DNA of 63,272 bases, filler included, from Folioceros fuciformis (GCA_049999805.1; 10 parts of 10 records of this genome joined end to end with filler, not necessarily neighbours in it), one strand, 5' to 3'; shown: positions 24,855 through 37,501, numbered from the whole stretch's first letter. Notes: generated by a model from the letters alone, not told the origin. Made by a program: numbers and translations.

Positions 24855-27800
24855 TGTTGGAATGTATCTCATCAATGAAGTAAAGGTTAAGAATAATAGT
24901 TATTTATCCAGCATTACTTAATTACATAATAATTAGGGCAGATAGTAAACGGGTAGATTACAATCGACACAACTAAAGGGTTTTGACTCAAAACACAACA
25001 GTCATGCACTTTCGCGGCCACGGGACACCACAATGGTTGGTCTCATGACTATTTAAGGAGCCACACGGCTCTTCCTTAATCTATCCTCCTATTCTCTAAT
25101 CTAGCTTGCCTGCTCTCTCGATCCTACAAGCTTTATGGTATCAAAGCTATGGAGGGTGCGTCGCCACCACGCATCTGTGCGACCTGCAAGAGCCTGAACT
25201 ATATAAAGAACCTGTCTATTGTAGATTTCAGGGTGGCAACTTTAGCACTCAGAGTATCTCTTACCAGGTTTGGCGCGATGGCCGACGCATTCCTTGCAAA
25301 CGCCGTGAGCCACTATTACGAGTGACTCTGCGCTATGCCAAGAGCACAAGGTAGAGGCAAGAACCTGCCGAGAGATCCTTTCTTTGGCGGTCGTGGCGCG
25401 TTGAAGGATATCCACCTGCAGAATCTGCATTGCTTCTTTGACACGCATTGCAATCTCTATCCTCCGCACACGCACAAAGTCAAGAAGAGTCAGTATAGGC
25501 GTCACACAACGTAAGTCTGTTAGCGACACCAGAAATCTGACTCTCCTGTCTCACCTAGAAGCCGGATTAGGCAAAGGTTTCACGAATCACACGATTTTTC
25601 TGAACAAAGAAGACATCACTTTGCACATCCTAGGACTGAAGCATCACCCGCACTGTTCGATAGGTCGCTGATAGAGGTGCTCCATTTGATTAGGTCACAG
25701 ACAGCTCAAGTCCACAATCTACTTGCGACTCACGCTGCACAGGCGTGGCAGCGATCCGTAAACCTGTCCAATGAGATTAACAACATTAATACTCACATTA
25801 GAACACTGACAGGACAGATTAAGAATCTTACAGTGTTATCCTTGAAAAATTCTGCACTTGAGTCTTCTTCACTTGCACCGGTTCATATCACAAGCGCACC
25901 GGTTCACATCTCGCAGCAAGAAGAAGAACGACCAATCATGAAGATGATCAAGGTTATTCAGAAATATTATCCAAGCCGCGTGGAGCAGCTGGCAGCCCTT
26001 GAAGCTAAGGCTGCACTACCTTTGTGAACCCCTGTACATGTCATACAACGCCCAAGGACGTGGAAGTAAGGTTCCGAAAGGTACTAGAAAAGTCAGAGGC
26101 ACAGGCAGGGGTGTCATACTTGTATCTAACACATTACCTGAAGATCCACTCTCACTTTACTCCCAGTCCTCATCACAAGGTAGTTCAGATACTGTAGATC
26201 CAACACTAGCTGCCATTCAAAGAGCACGTCTTGCGAAAGCCTTAGCAGATACACGTAGAGACCAAGCAGCATTGGTCGCACAAACACTTGCGTCACAAGT
26301 AATCAATACAATGGCCAGTCAAGTACCTATTGTCACTACCTTGAAAGTAGACTTTAAGGAGAAGGACCGCTTCTCTGGCACTCAGTTCGACATCTGGTCT
26401 CTTAAAGTACAAACTATTCTCAAGGAAAATGGGCTGTGGCGGGGGTAGTCAATGGTGCTCTACCCAAACCTCTTGCTGCCACTTCTACTCCTGCTGCAAT
26501 TGAGGCTTGGGAGAAGCTCGATCTTCGAGCTCTTGCTGTTATCCAGTCCGCACTGGATGGATCTATGATGTCACATACACAAGATGTGGCCACCACCAAG
26601 GAAGCATGGGACTCTCTCACGCATACCTATCAAGTTAACAATGGCTCTTCAATGGTTGGCGCCACAAGAGCATTCTACAACTGCAAGATGCGTGAACATG
26701 AATCAGTCGAGCAACATGTGGTGAAGTTTAGACAACTGAGGTCTAAGCTTACCTCAAGCGGAACGAAGACCACGGAGATGCAAGCGGTAGTTGCTCTTCT
26801 TCTCTCTCTTCCTCCCAGCTATCGGACTTTTGTAAGCAACCAGAGTTCTGCACTGCGTGTTGCAGCCCAGAATACACCAGCAGGACAGGCTCCTGCTGTC
26901 ACGTTATCTGATGTGATTGGAGCTCTTCTCAAGGAGGAGTCCACCAAAACTGTCAATCAAGGCGGCACCTCCTCCCGAGGAGAGTCATCCACAAGGGCGC
27001 TATACGCAAACAAGGGGCCCAGGAGACAACCACCAAGGCAGTCCTGGACACCAAACAACAACAACGCTGCTTACAAGAAACGTTCACCTCAAGCTCCAGC
27101 TAAAAAGAAGGGGCCTTGCAACTGGTGTCTCATTCCTAGACACTAGGAAGCCGACTGCAGAAAGAAGAAGGCCGGCGAAGCCATAAGATCGGCACCACCT
27201 GAATCTAATGTGGTACAGCGTAAGGCAAACACTCTGCTAGTTGTATGCATGGTCTCCACCGCATCCAATAAGCATGTATGGTTTATAGATTCTGGTGCGT
27301 CTTCTCACATCTGTCACTGCAAAAAGTCTTTCATAGAGTACAAGCCATTGCCACCTGGACAATTCGTATTGCTTGGAGATGACAGTGGTTTGCAAATAGA
27401 GGGGATAGAGTTAGTCCTTGTCACTCTATTTGACAAAACTACCTTGGTCTTAGAGGATGTTCTTCACGTACCTTTAATGGTCAAGAACCTAGTGTCAGTC
27501 CGCAAGTTCACTACCCAGCATTTGTTGAATGTGTCCTTTATAGGGGTACAATGTACAGTTACTGATCCACAGTATAAAAATAAGTTAGTAGCAACTGGGG
27601 CACCATTCCACGACCTGTATCAATTAATGTCACCTCTAAGCTAGGTCTACCTCCTACACGTGCACAAGTCAACATGAGTCAGGACACCAAGCAGAAAGAC
27701 AAGGATGCAGCTATGTTGTGGCATTGCCGTCTAGGCCATGCTAATTTCGAGAAGATCAAACAAATGGTGGCCAGCACAACTCTGTACAGAGAAAAATTCA

Positions 27801-27898
27801 TGCTTCAGTTTGTGGACAAGCAATTCTGTGAGGCATGTGTGTTCGGGAAGCATCAGCGACTTCCCTATACGGATGACAATCCTACACGAGCCACCAAG
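24855..27898 (+). mobile_element. Ty1/copia 5' part: LTR, PBS (25136-25147), long leader, gag, PR, INT start
   Basis: TGGTATCAAAGC; DRFSGTQFDIWSLKV, LLLSLPPSY, degenerate CNWC knuckle, WFIDSGASSH, LWHCRLGH; ends at gap. Confidence 0.92.
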
Positions 27899-27998
27899 NN
27901 NNNNNNNNNNNNNNNNNNNNNNNNNNNNNNNNNNNNNNNNNNTTAATTAATTAANNNNNNNNNNNNNNNNNNNNNNNNNNNNNNNNNNNNNNNNNNNN

Positions 27999-30900
27999 GG
28001 GGACACACTTTGCTGGGAGGGGGCCCATTGGACTAGCAGCCACTATCCCTGGGCAATCCGAGGGATCTGACCCACATATACATGCGAGCAGGGAACAAAT
28101 AGGAGGGAAACGAAACGATAGAGTGCAACGGGATGCTGGAACTGAAGTAGATGGAATTAGCCAAAAGAAACCAAAGGCATGAAGGGTGAGGGGGGGCCCT
28201 GGATCTTTAGAGGCCATAAGGACAGTACGTGTAACAACGGATGAGGAGCGCTTAGAGGAAGCTGAACAAGAAGAGGATCTACCTACTTGCCTACGAGATT
28301 GCGTGTATGAGAAGAAGGTAGTCCCATAAACTACGTGGGTGAAGTTGGAGAACCTCAGGATCGTAGCGTACCTCACACCGGATGCGCAAATAAGAAAAGT
28401 GGATGAAGCTTGGACAAACAATCTCACAAGGGTGATAGCGAAAGAGCGCATCGAAGAGGGAGTGCTACCTCTATTATGCATGATAGACCCGACTGAGAGT
28501 GCGACGTTGAAGGAACTGGATCTGGTGAAATCTCAGGCGCATCAGTATGTTATGGGTGTTCTCAGGGGGAATCACATATTTGCGGCTATGAAGCACTTAG
28601 TGGATACCTCACCAAGGAAAAAAATGGTTTCAATATGTTGAAGCCCATGTGTACTATGGACCTACACTGAAGGAGATGCGAGTGCTTGCGATGGACCACA
28701 ATATTATGTCAGACAAAAGGAGGAAAATGTCGTTCATCGAGAAGGTTTGGTATCTCAGAGACGAGCTTATTATAGCCAAAAGAGATGGTGTGCATATGAC
28801 CATGGCATGGAAGTTCAGCTTGTACAAGGTCTTGGGACTAATCGAAGATGACCAGGGTCAGGAAGATGATGTTTACAAGGTGGATAATCGGACACACATA
28901 TTGTGCATAGCCAAGCAGGAAGGGAAGGTCTAAGAAAACATAGACAAGATATTCAGCAAATGGGAAGCTTGTGAATTGCCGAAACAACGGAAACATACAG
29001 CAATAGGCATGAACAAGAAAGGAAAAGGCAAGAGCAAAGCATCTAATGATGTGAAAAGGGTTGATGCTGGCTATGTGAAGTCAAAGGATATGCTCGCAAA
29101 GCCATGGAAGTCGTTCCAAGGGATACCACCAGGGGAGTGTGGCTAGCAAATCCTCATATCGACAACAGAGAAAGTTCTTGTTGGTTTGCTGGACCTGAAA
29201 TGTAGGGTTATTAAAGCCCAATGTGCTTAGACTAATGTGCTTAGTCTAATATTAGTGTCTAGTTAAGTATCATTTCTTTTAGATTAGCTTAAGCTAATTT
29301 GTAGGAAGCTTCTTGCACAGCTTCCTGTGCTCTTCTTGTGAAGCTTCCTTGGGAGCTCTTCTAGAGGGGTATAAATACCCCTTTGAGCTCCCTTGCAATA
29401 TTGAGACATAGAGCGTGAGACCTCTCTTTCTCCTCTCCTTCTTGCTTCCTCCTCTCCTCCTTCACCATGTGGCTCCCCTAGCGATCCTTCATGAAAGGCA
29501 TGGACGATGACATAAGCCTAAGGAAGAAGTTCCATATTATCAAGGTGGCGATGGCGAAGCAACTTGGTTGTTCTTCATTTGATGAGGTGCGAAACAAGTA
29601 TCCGCAACACTCAACAAATGCCATGCTCGCGAAGTTTCAAACAGTGTTCACATGGAAGGTAAGACATCCTTTATATTTCATGGAAAACTATCCGTTTGCC
29701 TTATTGTCTTGTTCATCTGCCAAGGAGGGCGCCGGCCAGCTGGCGCCCTTGAGTGCAAAGCGTGATTGAGAGTGGTCCTCGTGGGGACATGTCACTCAAG
29801 TCTAACAAATTTTTTATGTTGAATATGTTTCCAGCAATTAAAGGATGTGGAGAACCTTACGAAGCTCCCTCAAGAGTTTCAAAACTACATTTTTGAAGTC
29901 AACAATTGGAAGGTCTTAGATAACAAGCAAAGAACCATCGCCGAACAAAGGACTTGCATGACGGCTTATTCAGTTTCAACGTTCCTTCGACAGATATGCA
30001 AGTGTAGTATATGGTTGAGGCATGGATTGTACAAGACATGAGGGGCTTTATGCGTAGACGCAATTATGGGTTGTTGCTTATGGATGTTCCTCGTGGGTTT
30101 GACATTGGTCCCATAGACGATCGATTGGATGGAAGCATTCTAGAAAATGTATTCGCCAACTTTGCGGAGAAGACAACTAACGAAGATTTCCAGTGGTGGT
30201 CATACATGGTGTAGAAGATGCACACACGGTTAGGGAGGACATGAAAAAGTGGTGCACCCGAGGTGAGCTCATTTCATTTGTTTGGGATAAAATGAATCTG
30301 TCCAAGGACCGCGGAGGCTTTGAAGCTGTGGAGTACATTACTATTGGATGGCCTTTGAAGGATGGGAGCAGCAAACAGTGCACGTCAATGATGCCATGGC
30401 ATAAGGGTGCTATCTTCAACAATAGAAGATCTATTATTGCACATGATACAATTGTGAAGAAACATGTGTACCTTTCCCATGACAAATGGGTTGTGTGCCC
30501 CATATCAGAGACCAATGGGGTTAATGGACAAGCTAATTTGCAGCTTCAACAAAGAGGGTGAGTGGGTCATGAATGCATGTTCTGGAAGCGGGACAACACT
30601 GTTGGCATCATTGCTAGCTAGAAGAAATTGCGTGGCCATTGAAGGGGACAAATGATGTGCAGCATACACTGCCCAGCAAGTGCATGGTTATGAAGTGCTC
30701 CCTGATGCAGTGGAGGAGCTAATGTTCGACCCGCTTCAAAGAGGACCATCACAATACTGGGCAAAGGAGGTATGCATCAGCAAGAAGGACTACTCTTGAG
30801 CACATGTTGTCTCTTTGACATCGAAGAGGAGGAGCTGCAAGAAGAGCCCGACAGTGGTGCCAGGACAGCAAACTTTGGACAGGATGTGGGAAGGGCCAAC

Positions 30901-31120
30901 AGTAGACAACGAGGAAGATGGAGATGCGCAAAGGGAGGACAAGGCACTGGAGGAAGTGGACAACTTTGATCTTGAAGATGAAGTGCGATCGTAGAATGTA
31001 ACCACAGTGTTTGACTCGAAGGCAACAGAAGATCATCCTGTGGACTAGAGTAGCCGTAGAGTGTATGCTTTTGTGGGTAGATGTTGAATTCTGTGCCCAG
31101 ACACTGTACACTGACAGACA
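27999..31120 (+). pseudogene. ParB-like domain fused to beta-class N6A/N4C-type DNA methyltransferase, copy A; intron 29659-29834; interrupted by solo LTR
   Basis: ParB-like QIRKVD...VL(R)GNHIFAAMKHL...DHN...MSFIEK; MTase motifs in beta order: YGLLLMDVPRG (IV), FVWDK, EYITIG, PYQRPMGLMDKLI (X), GEWVMNACSGSGTTLLA (I), RNCVAIEGD (II); stops and frameshifts. Confidence 0.8.
29201..29491 (+). mobile_element. Copia solo LTR with 5-bp target-site duplication TGAAA
   Basis: TG...CA ends; TGAAA at 29196-29200 and 29492-29496; homologous to LTR 9594-10041. Confidence 0.95.
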
Positions 31121-31929
31121 ATATCGAAGGTGATGAGTAAAAAGTTTTATACCCACCCTTCATTTTCATAGTAACTTGAGTTGGAGGGAGAGGGCGAGGG
31201 CGCCATCCAGCCGGCGCCTTCGGCTTGTAACTCATCTAACCTTCACCGTGTAATCCATGTTTCAAACTTGTCGCAAGCGAGGAAGAGGGTGTGTGATAAA
31301 CAAGCACATTTGATTTTGTGTGTTTAAAGAAGGGTGTCTTTATTGTCAAGAAGGTCTACCCTCCTTCTAAGAGGGTCACAACATTCACCCCCTTGCAAGT
31401 TTGTGTTGTTGAATGTCCATTCATACTCTTTGTTCTTAGAAACCCTTGTTTTCTGCCCGTATGTGATTAATTTCAAACTGTGGGTTTCAAGGATATTAAA
31501 CCTATAGGCTTTCGTGACGCACACAAGTATGCACCCACCACGAGACCTAGTGTGCCCAAGTGTGCGCCATGCACCTAAGACCATCATAACAGGCTATAGA
31601 ATCAAGGCAATTCCAAGACACGCTAGTCAGGCACTCCCTTCTTCCTCTTCAACATTGAGTGTTGAAGAGATGTTATAACGATGTTCAAGATGTTGAAGCA
31701 ACCTTAAACGCCTCCAAAAACGGCTGATCAACTGGCTAAGGATTTGAATCCTAAGGTTTCATTATCGTTTTACTCTCCCCACATTTAGGAGCCTTTAAAT
31801 CAATCTATTGGTATCTAGAAGTGCGATTTGGAAGCTTAGTGGCATTTTCAAGTCCTTGCTAAGAGCTAGTTATCGCACAAAAAATTGCATTCGGAGCAAA
31901 CCATTTCACACAAGTTCTTGCTCTGAGCG

Positions 31930-32130
31930 GGCCCGTGCTCACGAATGTGCACCATGACCTAGTTGCTATGAATTTATGCATGTCATAACTCAGTTGGCGC
32001 ACACAAGTGTGTGCCATGACCTCGCAAGCACACACTTGTGCACGCCATGACCACGCTAGTACGCACAAGTGTGCACCATGACCAAGCTGGCACGCACAAG
32101 TGCACTCCATAAAATAGCTAGCACACATGT
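31930..32130. repeat. Degenerate ~30-bp tandem repeats with GCACACAAGTGTGC-like palindromic core
   Basis: Cores at about 31999, 32028, 32061, 32091, mostly followed by CCATGACC; outliers at 31519-31570 and 32643. Confidence 0.75.
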
Positions 32131-32903
32131 TCAGCGCATAATGGTAAAAAAAAACATTAAAAATAGCAAAAAAAATCCAAAAAAAACCCAATTTTTAGTC
32201 ACTGGTGCGCACTTGGGCGCGTCATGGCTTCAAAGTTTTATAGTTTTCCTTTTTTTGGATTTTTTGTATAAAAAATCCGTTTTTATCGTTTTTAACCCCT
32301 TTTTGCACAGTTTTGTTTTGCAGTGAGACTTGACTCGTACCCATCTTTCTTTTGATGATCTAAGCTTTAAGTAAAGTAGTGAGTGAGGACTTAAAGCGTG
32401 CTTTGCATCCTTGGATGTTTAAATGCCTTTTACAACAAATGTGTTTAGAAACATTCTCCAACGCGACTTTGCCAATAGACAAACCTGACGAACCCAGCAG
32501 ACAAACCTAAAGAGCCAATTCTATTGGCAACCCAACAAGAGACAACCCTACATTATTATCCCTAGGCCTGAAAGGCCAGAATCTACACGATTCGAAAAAT
32601 AAGACCTTTCGCTAGATAGGCTACATGCCTGAAAGTAGGCAGGCGCACACTTGTGCACGCCTTGATACTGTAGTTTACTAGAAAAACAACTGATTTGGAA
32701 ACAAGTTTCTTGTGTGCCTTATATCAATGTCTGCTTTCAACATAAAATAGAAGTGTGTAAATTCGCATAGTAATAGCCGCTGGCCTTCTCAAACCCTCGA
32801 CTTGCAATAGATGGCATTTTTGGAGGGTGGTGCGATGTCATATGACTAAAGCAAAAGGCAAAAGAAGGGTTTGAGGACAGACCCGATTTATTTTAGGCAT
32901 TGT

Positions 32904-33545
32904 TCTTTCCCATGACAAATGAGTAGTTTGCCCATATCAAAGACCATTGGGGTTAATGGACACACTGATTTATAACTTCAACAGAGAGCGTGAGTGGGTT
33001 GTTGATGTGTGTACCGGCAGCGGGACTACACTACTAGTGTCATTGCTTGTTGGGAGAAACTATGTAGCCATCGAAGGAGACAAGCGATGCGCAACATACA
33101 TTCCTTAGTGAGTCCATGGGTATGAAGTGCTCCCAGATGTTGAGGAGGAGCTAACATTTGACCTGCTCCGGAGAGGGCCATCCCAGTTTTGGGCGAAGGA
33201 GGTTTGTATCAAGGAGAATGATTGCTCTTGAGCACAAGTAGTTTCTTTGACCTCAAAGAGGAGGAGCTGCAAGATGAGTGAGGCATTGGAGGCGAGACAA
33301 CAACCTTGGAGAGGGTATGGAAGGGATTGCAAAGGACAATGAGGACCTTGGAGACTCACGAATGGAGGACAAAGGAGCTAGAGGAATTGGACAACCTTGA
33401 TGTTGAAGATGAAGTGCGATTGCAGAACATCGTTGTTGTGTTTGACTTCGAGGCTACACAAGATCCTCCTGTGGACTAGTGTAGATGTAGAGTGTATGCT
33501 TCTTTGGTTAGATGTTATGTTTTGTGAGCGTGAAATGTACACCCA
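32904..33545 (+). pseudogene. Methyltransferase family copy B (3' fragment)
   Basis: CPYQRPLGLMDTLI...EWVVDVCTGSGTTLL...RNYVAIEGDK; colinear at DNA level with 30472-31100. Confidence 0.85.
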
Positions 33546-33889
33546 AAGACATTCTCCAATGGACTTAATAAACATTCATAAAGAACGTTGTTTGAAATAA
33601 TTCGGGTCTGTCCGTTGACCCTTCTTTCCTTTTTTTTCTGCACATGGTTTCCCCTCTTCCCACCCTCCTTGATCTCTCAGTTTTGTTGTTTCCGAGTTGG
33701 GCTCGCTAGACACATAGTACATCATGGGTTTAAAAGTAGACATTTTTTGAAGCTAAGATTACAGACATGTCAAGCTGATTGTATTACCGTCAAACATGAG
33801 CATGTATTACAATGATCATAGCCATCCATGGCACGCACATGGGCGTGCCAAAGCTCTTTCACATTTGCATTGCTAACATAGGCCACAAT

Positions 33890-34920
33890 CTACCCTTCAT
33901 GGGGTGGAGAGTCTTGTTGCTCCGTCATGGGGACAATTATGTCATCTCTCATTGGCGCATAGCTCACTAACAAACAACGGTCTGGGTGGTCTTCTTCCAC
34001 AAACACGAATGATGGGTTGGACGTGAAAGTCTCTAGCTGCTCAGGGTCCCAGGTCTTGTCATCAGAGTGTCGTGGCGCTGGCTTTCCCAAATCCTCTACA
34101 AGTGCATTATCATATTTCCTTCCCTTCCTTTCATTCTCTTCTTTGCATGCCCTTGCGTTTGACTGAGTTCTTGGAGGTCCATTGGTGAAGTCTTTCCTTC
34201 AACCATTTGCATTATGTGCGCTCTCGGTTTCACCCACCTTCCACTGGAAAGCTCTCGAGCAAAAAAAAGTGAATGCACTCATGTGTGAGGCTTCGTCGTC
34301 AATTCTTCCTCATCGAATGTAAATACTTCATGCCCCATGATTCTCTGCTCGATGAAGATGGTATGTCGTTGGTCTTGGTCAATGACAATACCATTCCACC
34401 TTTCCATAAATACAGCAAGCACACCACTTCCGCTCCCAGCGCATCCATCTATAATCCACTCTCCTCGATCGCTAAATAGCTCACATAAGAGAACTATCAA
34501 CCCCAAGGGCTTCTAATATGGATTTACAACTCGGCCGTCATTCGACAAGTTGACCAATTTTTTGATGATAGCGTTGTGCTTGATGATCCAAGGCATCGCT
34601 CCAATCTCCTTTGCTGCACTGTTGCTCAGTGCACTGCTCTTTTTGATATCTTCATTCAACGGATGAACCCCAAATTCTACTGCCATGTACGTGCAAATTT
34701 CGTACAGACCCTCATATGCTACGACATAGTCTTTTTCCTAGACCATAGTTTGAACGCCTCCCTTTGCGCACCACTTCCGTAAGTCGTCTCTCACATCCTG
34801 CATCTGATTTGGTCCATGCATGCACACAACTTTGAATTTTGGCACTCAGTGAATTTGAAAAATCCTTATGTGGAACATAGAATTTCACGCCAATGTTCCA
34901 ATTTTGGTACAATATGTACA
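33890..34920 (-). pseudogene. Methyltransferase family copy C, 3' part (divergent)
   Basis: FKVVCMHG...VRDDLRKWC...VVNPY*KPLGL...GEWIIDGCAGSGSG...IVIDQD aligns by eye with copy A. Confidence 0.8.
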
Positions 34921-34922
34921 AA

Positions 34923-37401
34923 TGAGGCTAGTATAGGGAAGGTTGGTTCCTTCCTATTTGGTTTTGTNNNNNNNNNNNNNNNNNNNNNNNNNNNNNNNNN
35001 NNNNNNNNNNNNNNNNNNNNNNNNNNNNNNNNNNNNNNNNNNNNNNNNNNNNNNNNNNNNNNNNNNNAGGGAAGGTTGGTTCCTTCCTATTTGGTTTTGT
35101 TTCTATTTTCTATTGTTATTTTTTAGTGGCTATATATGTGAGTGGGGTTTTCACGCATAGTAAGGAGAAGCATTTGTCCGAGGGACATGAGTCTGATGGG
35201 TCTGTCCGGGAGACAGAATTGACGAGGATCCGTCTGAGGGATAGAAGTGGGATGGATCTGTTAGGGGGGCTGAGGTGGTCTGGTACCAAACCATCAGGTT
35301 TGGCAAGAGGTCCGAGCAGGGGACCTGCTAAACCAAGCTACATGCAAGCACTCCAAGTCACTAGATTGCATCTAGGCACTCCAAGTAACCAAGTTGCATG
35401 CAAGCACTCTAAGTTCCCATGAGACATGCAACCACTCTAAGTCCTCAGGTGCTTGGGAGCTTAGGGAAAGCAGCCATTTGTGAGCAAACGGGTGGGCAGC
35501 AAAAGATCATGAGAGGAAGTGGCAATGCTGCCAGAGTGAAAAGGCAATGAGGTTGCCACAGCGTGGCAACCTCGTCCAGCGTGGCAACCCCTTGTGGCTC
35601 TCGTCCTCCTGTCCTTTTCTTTTTACCCTTCTTAGGGTGCAGGTGATTGAGCAGTTGCAAGAATAGGAGCAAAGGGTTGAGAGCTCGCAGGAGGAAGAGG
35701 AGACTGCTGTAGGGGCATTTGATCCTAAGCCAGAAGATTTGGGGGAGAGAGAAGAGGAAGCTCGGACCGGCAAATGTGGAATGCACATCCGACAGATAGG
35801 AGATCTTGGGGACACTTGACCCCAGGACAGAAGCTAACGTGGATCTATCACTTGTGTTGCCTACAAGACAGGAGGACTCTCCTTCTCCTATGCCTTTGGA
35901 GAGCAGCCCAGCAACTGCACCCTAATCATCAACAAGAGACTAGCTGATGAGGTGACAACACCAAAGGACAAGGAGGATAATTGCAGCAAGCAAAAGATCA
36001 TAAGGTTCCCTCCCAAGGACATAGCTGGCGGAGGAGTGTGAGGAGTGGGATTGGGCCCCACTGTTTAGACTTAGTTTATGTTGGCTCGTGGTGGATTGGG
36101 CCTAATTGGTAGGCTCATTAAGACTTCTGACACCAGGTCATTTTCTAGGCAAGCCTAGATTAGTGAGCCAAGAGGTTCATTAATTTAGTTGACTTTTCAT
36201 AGTATTGACCTAAAGAGAGAGAGAGAGCGTGAAGAAGGAGGGGACCTCCTATAAGGCTAGGAGAGTCCCATGAGCTCTCGCTTCATGAGCTCTAGATGTT
36301 TCTTGTTTCAACTGGCTGATGTGGTTGAGACCTCATCTCCCTTTCCAATCGGATGTTGCTAAGTTTTAGCTGTTGGATGTGGATGAGGTTAGGGATTACT
36401 GGCTGATGGTGCAAGTGTCCATGGTTGTTGTTCTTATTGTTCCCGCATGTTGGTCTTGCTAGTGTGTTGTCGGCCAAGGAGACTTGGTGCCTGGTAGAAG
36501 GTAAGGGTAGGTTTAATCAATTTGTGGGGTAGCGTAGGAGAGTTCTAACCCATGGAGGGAAGAACAAGTAGAGGAGTAGGTGTGGAAGAATAGAGGAGTA
36601 GAGGTGAAGGTCCTTGTAGTGTTTAGAGTTACAAGGCACCGAAAGTGCTCATGGCTTGGCAAGGAGCATGAGGTTGTGTTTCCTCAAATCCGCCCTAATT
36701 GGTATGTGTTTCTGACGTGGTGCTGGCAGGATCTGAAGGAGGGGGGTTGCAACCTGGCTGTACCTTCCTTTTGCAGGTTCTGACTTGTGGTTTCCAGCAC
36801 ATAGAGTGAGAGGACTATAGGCAATAACAGCTACAGCAGTTGTGAGTGCGAAGATCTGTCCACGAGTCGGCAGTGGCAACCTAAACCGTTGGCAGGGTAG
36901 GAGTGATATTCCTAACCTGTCTGCAGTTGGCAGGTATGTCGGAAGTTGAGTAGTACCTCTGACCGGAGGTAGCAAGGTCAGAAGTGATTTGGATGGAAGT
37001 TGGTTGTGAGACGTGAGAAGGGTGAAGTAAAAGGTTGTGGGAAATGAGAAGGGTGAAATAAAAAGTTGTGAGACGTGAGAAGGGTGAAGTAAAAGGTTGT
37101 GAGACGTGAGAAGGGTGAAGTTGGAGGTTGTGTGGTCAGGTCAGGGGTGACAGACCTAATCTGTATGCAACTAGATGAGTCCTGATTAGGGGTTGCGAGG
37201 TCAAGAGTAGAGGGTCAGCAGTTGGGAGGACATGATTTGTTGGGTTGGATGTAAGAGTTGTGAAGTTGTGGAGTCCAGAGAAGTCATCTCATATACTACA
37301 GATTGGGAACACTAGCCACTCTTTGGTGGGATCGAAACCCATTCTATACTAACGATAGTGGGATAAGTGTGGCCACTACAGGACAGAGCTCATGGAGTCC
37401 C
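34923..37401. mobile_element. Unclassified repeat-like insertion separating the two parts of methyltransferase copy C
   Basis: Lies between two colinear halves of copy C; internal tandem repeats; no recognisable domain; plain N gaps near both ends. Confidence 0.45.
37002..37131. repeat. 4 x 31-bp tandem repeat GGTTGTGAGACGTGAGAAGGGTGAAGTAAAA
   Basis: Read directly. Confidence 0.9.
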
Positions 37402-37501
37402 NNNNNNNNNNNNNNNNNNNNNNNNNNNNNNNNNNNNNNNNNNNNNNNNNNNNNNNNNNNNNNNNNNNNNNNNNNNNNNNNNNNNNNNNNNNNNNNNNNN
37501 N

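Noticed and set aside
34935-35100. 33-bp direct repeat on both sides of an N gap
   Set aside because: Most simply an unmerged contig overlap.
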